A stretch of 64,000 nucleotides of DNA, from NCBI GenBank assembly GCA_001782045.1, contig MFNK01000003.1, positions 101,905-165,904 of the forward strand. Direction: 5' to 3'. Below are positions 1-9,118 of this stretch, piece after piece. Origin of the DNA: Candidatus Levybacteria bacterium RIFCSPHIGHO2_01_FULL_36_15b (GTDB lineage Bacteria; Patescibacteriota; Microgenomatia; Levybacterales; UBA12049). The stretch's first letter is position 1; every line of letters starts with the position of its first letter. The notes under the pieces are model-generated. The model was not told where the DNA came from. It saw only the letters and a program-made list of their open reading frames with translations, and made no database searches. The translations under genes and the position numbers were made by a program.

Positions 1-10
1 TATAACAAAA

Positions 11-502
11 TTAAGAAAAATGAGTGGGTCTGCTGGTTGGCATCTGAAATGTGTGCGTAACCCTTCCTTGGGTTTTATCGACGTTTTTCAGCTTTTTTCT
101 ATATTCTAAAAGATCTTTTCTTGTCTTTACACCTGCTTCGAGCATATTAAAAAGAACCTGGTATCCCGTTTCCATGGTTGCTTTTGATGTATTTCTTGAG
201 CCCTTTTGAAGTATAACCTGTGCTTGTTTTTTAATTACACCCCATTGTTCTAACCATCTTGTCCGATTCCATTTTCCGTTACAATTGGAAATAGTATACG
301 CTCCCATTAAGCTTAACGCCTGTATTGCATTATTTTGTTTTTTTTCTTTGAAATTTCTAAAAGTTGCATAACTATTCAATGCTTCTTGGCTCATTTGTTG
401 AAGACTTTCAGGCTGAATATCTTTTAAGGGAACAAGACAGCTTCTGCTTACTTCTCCCACGTATTTAAATGGAGTTGATATTTTCTCTTTCACGAATTGC
501 AA
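11..502 (-). CDS. hypothetical protein (163 aa)
   Basis: Intact ORF from six-frame track; no recognisable motif; Lys/Gln-rich soluble protein. Confidence 0.4.
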   Translation of the reverse strand: MQFVKEKISTPFKYVGEVSRSCLVPLKDIQPESLQQMSQEALNSYATFRNFKEKKQNNAIQALSLMGAYTISNCNGKWNRTRWLEQWGVIKKQAQVILQKGSRNTSKATMETGYQVLFNMLEAGVKTRKDLLEYRKKLKNVDKTQGRVTHTFQMPTSRPTHFS

Positions 503-572
503 TTATATTACTTTTACGATCTAAATCCAAGACTAGTTGATTTTTAATCCTATTGATGTATAATTCAAAGCC

Positions 573-1028
573 GTGATTAATATAGAGCGACAAACAGACG
601 GAATTCAACATGAAGCTGAGTTTAGCAGAAAGCTAAGCTTATTGTTTGGTCACATAAAAGAGGAAGCAAAAAACGGCCTAAAAAATTATGGCCAATTCTA
701 TCCTGGAGAAGTTGGAAGTCCGACTTTTAGATACGAATTCGACGAAGATACAAATGAGGCGGTTTTTGAAATAGAACAGAATGATTCGTTCTTTGCAGAA
801 GTAAGAAGGTATTTTATAAGTGATACCTCTATAAGAAAAGAAGGACACAGAGATGGTCCCGGAAGGTTTATTAAATATACAAAAGAAGAATATGATCTGG
901 AAGAGGGCGAGTTCAAAGCAGAACCTCTACAAGTAGGTTTACGCGAGTTAGACATATTGGCCAAATTAGTTCTTTCGCCTCTGGAAAATTATCAAGAGCT
1001 TGAATCACTTCGTCATTTGCCTTATTAA
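573..1028 (+). CDS. hypothetical protein (151 aa)
   Basis: Intact ORF, acidic, no recognisable motif. Confidence 0.4.
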   Translation: MINIERQTDGIQHEAEFSRKLSLLFGHIKEEAKNGLKNYGQFYPGEVGSPTFRYEFDEDTNEAVFEIEQNDSFFAEVRRYFISDTSIRKEGHRDGPGRFIKYTKEEYDLEEGEFKAEPLQVGLRELDILAKLVLSPLENYQELESLRHLPY

Positions 1029-1672
1029 AGCTCCAAAAATAAATTTTCTAATCCAAGGCGCAAGTTTACATTAGATTGTTTTATTTCCTTATAATATTGG
1101 TTTAAAACCTCAATCATTTTTTTATACTCCCCTGTTTCTTTCCCAGCTACCATTTTTTCTCTTATAAAAACTATAAACTTTTCTAAAAAGACTAGAGCAT
1201 CGTTTTTTTCTTTAGAAAAATCTTGTGCAAGTTTTAGCCTAAAACCTACATCGTTCATCCTTAAATTCTCAAGTATTTCAGAATAGTTTTTTTCATCGTC
1301 TTTTGTAATTTCTACTCCCCTATCCAGCTCTACTAATTTTGCTCTGGAGTTAATTGTTGGAAGAAAAGAGTTTTCAGAAGCCAGAATAAAAATATAAGTA
1401 GAAAGGGGCGGCTCTTCCAAAATTTTTAGAAATGCATTTTGAGCCTCTGTTGTTGCACCCAAAAATGCCTCTACTACTACTATTTTTTTGTCTCCTTTTA
1501 TGGGCTTTAAAAAAATTTTTGAAGACAAGTTTTTTACATCCGCAATGCCTAATGCTTTTTCGGTTTCCAGAGTATAAATATCAAAATCCGTAACCTTTTC
1601 TTTTTTCGCAAAATCTAAAACGTATTCTTTTGCCTTACCTTTGTCTTTGGAAATTATCAAAAAACTTTGCAT
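1025..1672 (-). CDS. holB: DNA polymerase III delta-prime-like clamp-loader subunit, short form
   Basis: Motif NAFLKILEEPP (the conserved LKxLEEPP box of HolB/DnaX clamp-loader subunits); only 215 aa, no Walker A seen. Confidence 0.6.
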   Translation of the reverse strand: MQSFLIISKDKGKAKEYVLDFAKKEKVTDFDIYTLETEKALGIADVKNLSSKIFLKPIKGDKKIVVVEAFLGATTEAQNAFLKILEEPPLSTYIFILASENSFLPTINSRAKLVELDRGVEITKDDEKNYSEILENLRMNDVGFRLKLAQDFSKEKNDALVFLEKFIVFIREKMVAGKETGEYKKMIEVLNQYYKEIKQSNVNLRLGLENLFLEL

Positions 1673-3477
1673 TACTTAAAATGGGCGATTATCACAGTTC
1701 TGTCGTCAGTATAACTTTCTAAGGTGGAGCCTTTTGTAGATGGGAATTCTCCTATTTTATCAGGATCAACTTCTTCCACATATCTAAACGCTTCTTCCCA
1801 AGATTCTATTGTGGGCTTGTCTGCAATTTTAAAATAACCATCGGAAAATACTTCAAGAAGTCCAACGTCTTTCAGGTCATAAGTAAAAGTTCTCACAAAT
1901 TGTTCCGGGACTTTCCTTCCATCCATTGCTCCAAAGCCTAATTCTTCTTGAGGATTATTCTGCAGTCTTGCTACCTGATTGTTTAATACATCAACTATCT
2001 CTTCTCTACCCTGTTTTAAAAGTTCGTCGCGTTCAATATCTGGATTTTCGGATTTGATTCTTTCAATGGTTTCTTTTCTTTTTTTAGAATTAATATTGTC
2101 TACCTCTTTAGAATCTTGGTGTACAGCCAATCTGTTGATTCTAAAACTTACATCCCCAACTTGTGTAATTACTATTTTATCTTCAATAATTTTTGCTGCT
2201 ACGAACGAGGAAGTAGGCCGTGCTTCTGGAGAGTTTTCAATAGAAGAGAAATAGCCGTCAGACGTAAAAGACCTTTCCATATATCGGCTTACAAAATCTA
2301 CTAATTCTTGCCCTGTCAAGTTCTTAGCTTCGGCGCTAGTAAGTGCTTCTGAGACAAGCTTTGCCGCATATTGTCCCCCCGACTCCTGTCCAAATGATAA
2401 GTTTCCTTTTGGCGTAGCACCATCTATAACAGCAATCAAATAATCTTTTGCAAGCCACATGTCCTCATTCTTAGATGGATCGTTTTTTGCTTTTCCTTTC
2501 GAAAGAGCTTCAACGTTAAATTTTTCAAATTCCCTTTTTTCTATATCACCTCTTTCCCCCAAATTCGAAATTCTTTCAGAGGCTCTTTTATTCAATTTAG
2601 CAAGCTGTTCGCTATCCAGGGTTTTATATTTTTCTTCTCTTTTTTCTAACCTCTCATTTATCCACCTGAACCACTCTTCCCCAAATTTTTCTCTTCCGTA
2701 TAAGGCCAGCGCCGAGGCTCCACTTGGGCTAGGTGAAAAAGCCCACCATAGTATTGCATGTTCGATATCCTCTTTTGTGTCAGGTATAAACTTAATATTT
2801 ATTTCTCTATCCGTTGCCCGCGATCTGATTTGATCTGCCGAAAGATTTGTCTCTGCAAAAAATATCATGCTTGGATTATTTGCTGCCTTGTTATATATAA
2901 TTCCTGAGGCCTTAATATCTGTCAGTTCATTAGTTTCAATTCCAGCCTCTTCCGTCAGTTCCCTTTTTACTGTAGCAAAGGGATCCCAATTGTCCTCTCC
3001 TCTTAAATCAGTTGAAAAATTTGGTTGACCACCTGGTACGCTTAACGCTCCTGGTTTTGTTGCCGCATCTAAGCCGCGTTGCGCGACAATCAACTGTCCA
3101 TCAGCTGTCTTAACTAATACATTAGTCCCTAAAACTCTTGGGGCATACTCTGCGTATCTTGCTCTTAAGTCTTTGTTTTGCATGGCTATATGATCTTTAT
3201 ATGAAGAAGAGGCGAGCTCTATATTTAATTTACCGTCGACCACGTTTACGCCTTTTAAGGATAATTGTGGTTCGGCTTTCAGTGGTGTTTTGCCTTCCGA
3301 AACCCTTTTGCTATTTGTTTCTTCCCAAATACTTTCAGTTTCCTCTATTAATTCTTTAGGTTTGGTTGTATTGAGACTTAATCTGGCTGAAATATCCCCT
3401 TCACCAAATTTGCCTGATGCAAGAATATCAAAGTAAGGATTTGAAATCTCTATTTCTCCGCTTTCAACAGCTTCCAT
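1672..3477 (-). CDS. NUDIX hydrolase / PP2C-type Ser-Thr phosphatase fusion protein (601 aa)
   Basis: Nudix box GEDNWDPFATVKRELTEEAGI (Gx5Ex7REuxEExGu) near residue 160. C-terminal third has PPM-like motifs AVIDGATPKG, VGDVSFR, FSDGY and terminal DDRTVIIAHF (resembles PP2C DDITVIVV ending). Confidence 0.6.
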   Translation of the reverse strand: MEAVESGEIEISNPYFDILASGKFGEGDISARLSLNTTKPKELIEETESIWEETNSKRVSEGKTPLKAEPQLSLKGVNVVDGKLNIELASSSYKDHIAMQNKDLRARYAEYAPRVLGTNVLVKTADGQLIVAQRGLDAATKPGALSVPGGQPNFSTDLRGEDNWDPFATVKRELTEEAGIETNELTDIKASGIIYNKAANNPSMIFFAETNLSADQIRSRATDREINIKFIPDTKEDIEHAILWWAFSPSPSGASALALYGREKFGEEWFRWINERLEKREEKYKTLDSEQLAKLNKRASERISNLGERGDIEKREFEKFNVEALSKGKAKNDPSKNEDMWLAKDYLIAVIDGATPKGNLSFGQESGGQYAAKLVSEALTSAEAKNLTGQELVDFVSRYMERSFTSDGYFSSIENSPEARPTSSFVAAKIIEDKIVITQVGDVSFRINRLAVHQDSKEVDNINSKKRKETIERIKSENPDIERDELLKQGREEIVDVLNNQVARLQNNPQEELGFGAMDGRKVPEQFVRTFTYDLKDVGLLEVFSDGYFKIADKPTIESWEEAFRYVEEVDPDKIGEFPSTKGSTLESYTDDRTVIIAHFK

Positions 3478-3481
3478 AATG

Positions 3482-3511
3482 TTGACATTATATCGTAAAT
3501 TCCCCTACTAT
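3482..3511 (+). promoter_or_regulatory. candidate sigma70-like promoter for pilB (TTGACA-18-TACTAT), would give a leaderless or near-leaderless transcript
   Basis: TTGACA at 3482-3487, TACTAT at 3506-3511, ATG at 3519. Confidence 0.25.
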
Positions 3512-3518
3512 TATAGTA

Positions 3519-5270
3519 ATGCCCGATGTTCAAGCAGTACCTGCTGATTTAACACAAGACGTTAATACATTTACTTCGCAATCTCTTGCTGATGTTTTAT
3601 TTGCCCAAAAGTTAATTTCTCAAACTCAATACGACGATATTAAGGTAAAAAGCGCAAGCAAGGGTGTTTCGGAAGACACCATGATTGAATCCATGGAGAT
3701 TGTGCCCGAGGATAAACTTTATCAGGCAAAAGCGCTAATTTTGGGCATCCCTTATGTTGATATTGAAAACGCTTCTTTTTCGCCGGAAGCTTTAGGAAAA
3801 GTGCCAAGAGCTGTAGCAGAGAGGTTTAGCTTAATTCCCTTTGCATATGACGATAAAGATAAAACATTATCTGTTGCTATGGCAAACCCGGTAGACTTGG
3901 AAGCTGCAACTTTTGTAAGAGAAAAAACAGACCTACCTATTAAGACTTTTGCAGCAACGCCAACAGACGTAGCGCGCGCAATTGGCCAGCAGTATAGACA
4001 GGAATTGGTTGGAGAGGTAGGAGAAGCGATAAAAGAAACCCAAAATCTGACTGCAATAAAGACAATCGACTCGGAACAAATAGCGCAAATTATAAAAGAA
4101 GCGCCAATTGCAAAAATCGTATCGACAATTTTAGAGTATGCGGTAACCAGTAGGGCTTCCGATATCCATATAGAGCCGCAGGAAGACAGAGTTAGAGTAA
4201 GGTACAGAATAGACGGAATTTTGTATGACAGACTTTCTTTACCAAAAGCGGTACAGGAAGCGGTAATATCAAGAATTAAAATTTTGTCTGAGATGAAAAT
4301 AGACGAACATAGAAGTCCACAAGACGGAAGATTTAATTTTAAAGTAGAAGACAAAGAGGTAGATCTTAGAATTAGCGTTTTGCCTACTACTTTTGGCGAA
4401 AAAATCGTAATGAGACTACTTCGAAAAAGCGGAGGAATTCCAACGCTTGAGGAATTAGGTGTTTCAGGGCCAACTAAAAAAACGCTTGAGAATGCAATAC
4501 TAAGACCACACGGAATAATTATTGTTTGCGGACCTACAGGAAGCGGAAAAACTACCACTTTATACTCTGTTTTGTCAAAGCTTAATACGCCAAAAGTTAA
4601 TATTTCAACACTTGAGGATCCTGTTGAATATCAAATTGCAGGAATTAACCAGGTTCAGGTAAATCCTGGAGTTGGCCTTACTTTTGCCGAAGGACTAAGG
4701 TCTTTTTTAAGACAAGACCCAAATATTATATTGGTAGGAGAAATTAGAGATCAGGAAACAACAGAACTTGCTATTCAGGCTGCACTAACAGGCCATTTGG
4801 TATTTTCTACTCTTCATACTTCAAGCGCTGCAGGTGCGTTGCCTAGGCTTTTAGATTTAAAAGCAGAAACCTTTTTACTTGCGTCCACTATGAATGCGGT
4901 ATTGGCGCAAAGAATTGTTAGAAAAGTATGTCAAACCTGCAAAACTGAATACGACCCCCCAGCCGAAATGGTTGAAGAAATGAAAACTGTTTTAGGGAAG
5001 TATTTTCCAAAGGAAAAAACTGCTAAGCTATATAAAGGTAAGGGTTGTGACGAATGCGGAGGAACCGGGTATGTCGGAAGAATCGGAATATTTGAAGCAG
5101 TAAATATAACCGAGAAAATTGGAGGTCTTATTTTGCAGCATGCAGATAGCGGAACAATTGAAAAAGAAGCAATTGAAGAAGGAATGATTACAATGAAACA
5201 AGATGGATATCTTAAGGTATTACAGGGATTAACAACAATAGAAGAGGTGTTAAGAGTAGCACAGGAATAA
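3519..5270 (+). CDS. pilB: type IV pilus assembly ATPase PilB (GspE family)
   Basis: Walker A VCGPTGSGKTTTLYS; GspE N-terminal domain; C-terminal tetracysteine CQTC...CDEC; followed by pilT and pilC. Confidence 0.9.
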   Translation: MPDVQAVPADLTQDVNTFTSQSLADVLFAQKLISQTQYDDIKVKSASKGVSEDTMIESMEIVPEDKLYQAKALILGIPYVDIENASFSPEALGKVPRAVAERFSLIPFAYDDKDKTLSVAMANPVDLEAATFVREKTDLPIKTFAATPTDVARAIGQQYRQELVGEVGEAIKETQNLTAIKTIDSEQIAQIIKEAPIAKIVSTILEYAVTSRASDIHIEPQEDRVRVRYRIDGILYDRLSLPKAVQEAVISRIKILSEMKIDEHRSPQDGRFNFKVEDKEVDLRISVLPTTFGEKIVMRLLRKSGGIPTLEELGVSGPTKKTLENAILRPHGIIIVCGPTGSGKTTTLYSVLSKLNTPKVNISTLEDPVEYQIAGINQVQVNPGVGLTFAEGLRSFLRQDPNIILVGEIRDQETTELAIQAALTGHLVFSTLHTSSAAGALPRLLDLKAETFLLASTMNAVLAQRIVRKVCQTCKTEYDPPAEMVEEMKTVLGKYFPKEKTAKLYKGKGCDECGGTGYVGRIGIFEAVNITEKIGGLILQHADSGTIEKEAIEEGMITMKQDGYLKVLQGLTTIEEVLRVAQE

Positions 5271-5271
5271 T

Positions 5272-6339
5272 ATGGAATTAGGACAGCTTTTAGATCAGAC
5301 AATTAAAAACAAGGCGTCGGACTTGCATCTTCTTGCAGGAATCCCGCCTACTATTAGAATTGACGGAGTTTTAAGGCCGCTTCAAAATTATCCGGCGCTT
5401 ACAAAAGAACAAATAGAAGAAATGGCATTCTCGGTACTTAAGCCCGAGCAAAAAGAACTTTTAATTCACAATAAAGAACTTGATTTTTCATTTGGTTTTG
5501 GAGGCGGGGCTTATGGAGATTTAGGAAGATTTAGAGCAAATCTTTATTATCAAAGAGGCGTTTTGGCCGGTGCATTTAGATTTTTGGAGCCTACTATTAG
5601 AACGCTTGAAGAGCTTAAAATTCCAAAAACTGCACATACTTTCGCAAATCTAAAACAAGGATTTGTTTTGGTAACGGGTCCAACAGGACACGGAAAATCT
5701 ACTACTTTAGCAGCCATAATTAACGAAATAAATGTAAATAAAGCAGCTCACATACTTACAATTGAGGATCCTATTGAATATGTTTATCCCAAGGGTAAAA
5801 GCATTATTTCTCAGCGTGAAATGGAAATTGATACTCTTTCATGGAATTTATCTCTTCGAAGCGCCTTGCGTGAAGATCCGGATGTCGTACTGGTTGGAGA
5901 AATGAGAGATTCGGAAACCATGGCAGCTGCATTAACAATTGCAGAAACAGGCCATTTGGTATTCTCTACCCTTCATACTAATTCTGCTGCACAATCAATA
6001 GATAGAATCATAGATACTTTCCCTGCTACCCAGCAAACCCAGATAAAGGTTCAGCTTGCTGCAACATTAAAAGGCATTATTTCACAAAGATTAATCCCTA
6101 TGATAGATGGAGGACGAGTTCCGGCTGTTGAGATTTTAATTGGAAATAATGCGGTGGCATCCAATATTAGAGAAGGAAAAACCCACTTGATAGATTCAAT
6201 TATTCAGACTTCGCAGCAGCAAGGAATGGTAACCCTTGAGTCTTCCCTTGCTTCTTTGGTTTTATCGGGTGCAATAAGCTTGGAAACTGCAAAATCTTAT
6301 GCTCTGCGGCCGGAAGAGCTTTTGAGACAGACTGGTTAA
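5272..6339 (+). CDS. pilT: twitching motility / pilus retraction ATPase PilT
   Basis: Walker A VTGPTGHGKSTTLAA; shorter PilT-type lacking GspE N-domain; AIRNLIREGK-like motif IREGKTHLI. Confidence 0.9.
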   Translation: MELGQLLDQTIKNKASDLHLLAGIPPTIRIDGVLRPLQNYPALTKEQIEEMAFSVLKPEQKELLIHNKELDFSFGFGGGAYGDLGRFRANLYYQRGVLAGAFRFLEPTIRTLEELKIPKTAHTFANLKQGFVLVTGPTGHGKSTTLAAIINEINVNKAAHILTIEDPIEYVYPKGKSIISQREMEIDTLSWNLSLRSALREDPDVVLVGEMRDSETMAAALTIAETGHLVFSTLHTNSAAQSIDRIIDTFPATQQTQIKVQLAATLKGIISQRLIPMIDGGRVPAVEILIGNNAVASNIREGKTHLIDSIIQTSQQQGMVTLESSLASLVLSGAISLETAKSYALRPEELLRQTG

Positions 6340-6468
6340 TTATGAGTCCCGTTAGAGACCGCTTAAGATGAAAAAATTAATTATAGAGTTCAAGAATTCA
6401 ATAAACCGCTTTAATTTAAGAAAGGAGATTTACGCAAGCGTTTTGAAACGCTCGCTGTTTCTAACGGG

Positions 6469-7671
6469 ATGAGATTGCGATATAAAGCTGCAACAAAAGA
6501 TGGCAAAGTTACACAGGGGTTACTCGAAGCAAAAGATATAACATCAGCCGCTTCCTATCTTCGGGGAAAAGAACTTCTTCCAATTTCCATAACTGAAGTT
6601 GAAAACAGAATTACAAATTACATCCCCTTTTTAAATCGAGTAAAAACTCAAGATTTAATATTATTTACAAGACAAATGTCGTCTATGTTATCCAGCGGCC
6701 TTACACTTCTTCGTGCCCTTGAGATTTTAAAAGAACAAATACAAAATGCTGCAATGACGGAAGTTGTTAATTCTATAATAAATGACGTTTCAGAGGGAAG
6801 AACTTTTTCTCAAGCAATGGAAAAACATTCAAGGGTTTTTACTCCTATTTACGTTTCTATAATTCAAGCAGGAGAAAATTCAGGTTTGCTTGATAAGGTT
6901 TTATCGCGCTTGGCAGATAATTTGGAAAAGCAGGCAAAATTAAAATCTACTATTAAAGGCGCCTTAATGTATCCTGTTATAGTTATACTTTTAATGGTTG
7001 TAGTTATGGTAGTAATGTTAATTTTTGTTATCCCGCAGTTAACAACTCTTTATGCAAATTTAAATATTGAACTTCCGCTTCCAACACAAATACTTTTGAC
7101 AACGTCTAAACTGTTTGCAATTTTTTGGCCGGTAATCTTAGTTATAGTAATAGTATGTTTTGTAGGATATCGTAAGTGGGTAGCGACAGCGGGGGGAAGA
7201 CTAATAGTAGATAATATAATTTTAAAACTTCCAATTTTTGGCGAACTTATTAGAAAAACTATATTGGCAGAATTTGCAAGAACCTTCGGGCTTTTGGTCG
7301 GAACCGGTACCTTGGTGGTTGAAGCTTTAAACGAAACAGCTAATATTGCAGGAAATGTTCATTACAAAAATGCAATTGTTGCGGTTGGTAATCAGGTTGA
7401 AAAAGGAGTTAGCGTTGGTACATCTATGGCCTATTCCCCCCTATTTCCGCCTTTACTTGTGCAATTGGTAAAAATTGGAGAACAAACCGGAAAAATGGAT
7501 GAAAACTTATCTAAAGCATCTGAATATTTTGAAAGAGAGGTAGACCAGACAGTTAAAACCCTAACTACCGCAATGGAGCCTTTTATAATGATAGTGTTGG
7601 GAATAGGAGTTGCGTTTTTAATAATTTCGGTTATTACGCCGATATATAGCCTTATTTCCAGTATTCAATAA
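6469..7671 (+). CDS. pilC: type IV pilus platform protein PilC (GspF family)
   Basis: 400 aa, three TM segments, duplicated GspF domains, N-term MRLRYKAATKDGKV typical of PilC. Confidence 0.9.
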   Translation: MRLRYKAATKDGKVTQGLLEAKDITSAASYLRGKELLPISITEVENRITNYIPFLNRVKTQDLILFTRQMSSMLSSGLTLLRALEILKEQIQNAAMTEVVNSIINDVSEGRTFSQAMEKHSRVFTPIYVSIIQAGENSGLLDKVLSRLADNLEKQAKLKSTIKGALMYPVIVILLMVVVMVVMLIFVIPQLTTLYANLNIELPLPTQILLTTSKLFAIFWPVILVIVIVCFVGYRKWVATAGGRLIVDNIILKLPIFGELIRKTILAEFARTFGLLVGTGTLVVEALNETANIAGNVHYKNAIVAVGNQVEKGVSVGTSMAYSPLFPPLLVQLVKIGEQTGKMDENLSKASEYFEREVDQTVKTLTTAMEPFIMIVLGIGVAFLIISVITPIYSLISSIQ

Positions 7672-7685
7672 GTACATATTGGCTA

Positions 7686-7715
7686 TTGACAAGCAATTTT
7701 GTATATGATTATGAT
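7686..7715 (+). promoter_or_regulatory. candidate promoter for major pilin gene (TTGACA-18-TATGAT)
   Basis: TTGACA 7686-7691, TATGAT 7710-7715, ATG at 7726 only ~5 nt after predicted TSS. Confidence 0.3.
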
Positions 7716-7725
7716 TAAAACATAC

Positions 7726-8286
7726 ATGAGAAAACTGCTCAATGTTTTTAAAGGAACAAAAGGTTTTACTCTCATCGAACTTTTAGTCGTCATCGGAATT
7801 TTAGGAATTTTGGCAGCAGCATTAATTGCAACTATTGATCCCTTCGAGCAGCTTAAAAAAGGGCGAGATACTACTACAAGAAACACTACTCTTGAATATT
7901 TAAATGCTCTTACTCGATATTATGCAACTCACGCAAAATTTCCTTGGGATAATGCTGTCGCAAATTGCAATGCTCCCACAACAGCAGTCCTTCTTTCAAC
8001 CATGAAAGATAATTGTACGGACGCATTAGAGGACGAAGGTGAGCTTAAGGTTGGATTTGGGGCAGCTGTAGACAGTTCCGGAGTCGATGATTTAATTAAA
8101 ATAAAAACAAGCGCTGCGGGTTCAGCGAATGTAACTCTCTGTTTCAGCCCAACAGCAAAATCTATAAAATCAGAAGATGCAACTAAATATGATAATAGTT
8201 GCTCAGGAGTAACTCCCCCAGGTTGTGCTACTTCAGCATTAAGATTAGCTGCTGCAGACGGGACTTGTTGGCAAGAATTTAAATAA
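7726..8286 (+). CDS. type IV major pilin candidate (class III signal peptide, Cys-rich C-terminal domain)
   Basis: MRKLLNVFKGTKG|FTLIELLVVIGILGILAA: prepilin peptidase site G|F with Glu+5. Track ORF begins at TTG 7699 but ATG 7726 gives the canonical short basic leader. First gene after pilC; 8 Cys in C-terminal half. Confidence 0.8.
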   Translation: MRKLLNVFKGTKGFTLIELLVVIGILGILAAALIATIDPFEQLKKGRDTTTRNTTLEYLNALTRYYATHAKFPWDNAVANCNAPTTAVLLSTMKDNCTDALEDEGELKVGFGAAVDSSGVDDLIKIKTSAAGSANVTLCFSPTAKSIKSEDATKYDNSCSGVTPPGCATSALRLAAADGTCWQEFK

Positions 8287-8332
8287 ACCTCTTTACTTGA
8301 GTTTAAACTAATCCTTTGTTATTCTTCTTATA

Positions 8333-9118
8333 GTGTATTTATTTGCAGTAGCCCTTTTTATTATTGGATTGTTTATTGGTTCTTTTTTAGGCGTTTTGAT
8401 AGATAGACTTCCCAAGGGTAAATCTGTTTTAAAAGGAAGGTCTAAATGCGATTTTTGTAAGAAGGAATTAGCTTGGTACGAGTTAATTCCGGTTTTATCC
8501 TTTGTAATTCAAAATGGAAAATGCAGAAGTTGCCATAAAAAACTTTCATTATTCTACCTAACTATTGAGCTCTCAACGGGATTTTTATTCGCAGTAACGT
8601 ATCTATTATTAATTCATAATTCAGAATTCATAATTCAGAATTTGCTTTTCTATTTGCTTATCACATCAAGCTTGATTGTTGTGTTCTTTACGGATTTAAA
8701 ATACGGAATAATTCCCAATAAAATTATTTTCCCATCTGTCTTGGTTACGCTTTTGTGGCTCTTATTTAGCCAACAGCCAACAGCCATAAACCATCTGCTT
8801 TCTGCAATTGGTGCTTCTTTATTTTTAACTCTAATTTCATATATTTACTATTTAATTAGAAAAAAAGAAAGCATAGGAGGCGGAGATATTAAGTTTGCGT
8901 TTTTAATGGGACTTTTGCTTGGTTTTCCAAATATTATTCTTGCTTTTTATATAGCTTTCTTGACAGGCGCAGGATACTCTATCATACTAATTTTATGGGC
9001 AAGATTAAAGCTAAAAGATTCAATTCCATTCGGCCCATTTTTAGTATTAGGAACTTTTGCTTCTCTTTATTTCGGAAGAGAAATCTTATTCTTAATACTC
9101 CCCTACCTAGGCCTTTAG
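8333..9118 (+). CDS. pilD: prepilin peptidase / N-methyltransferase PilD (A24 family)
   Basis: N-terminal CxxC...CxxC zinc motif (CDFCKKEL...CRSCHKK), 6-7 TM, GGGDIKF catalytic-region motif. Confidence 0.9.
   Translation: MYLFAVALFIIGLFIGSFLGVLIDRLPKGKSVLKGRSKCDFCKKELAWYELIPVLSFVIQNGKCRSCHKKLSLFYLTIELSTGFLFAVTYLLLIHNSEFIIQNLLFYLLITSSLIVVFFTDLKYGIIPNKIIFPSVLVTLLWLLFSQQPTAINHLLSAIGASLFLTLISYIYYLIRKKESIGGGDIKFAFLMGLLLGFPNIILAFYIAFLTGAGYSIILILWARLKLKDSIPFGPFLVLGTFASLYFGREILFLILPYLGL

Noticed and set aside
3752-4558. 268-aa minus-strand ORF antisense to pilB, plus similar antisense ORFs inside PBP1A, uvrA, pheT and the DUF2130 gene
   Set aside because: Fully embedded in well-supported genes on the opposite strand; low-complexity Ser/Leu/Ile-rich translations typical of antisense frames in AT-rich DNA
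6421-6453. SD-like AAAGGAG and small hairpin (AGCGTTT-TGA-AACGCT) upstream of pilC, considered as an alternative pilC start or riboregulator
   Set aside because: No in-frame start codon between the upstream stop (6412) and ATG 6469. The hairpin is short with no T-run. Insufficient evidence for a defined element.
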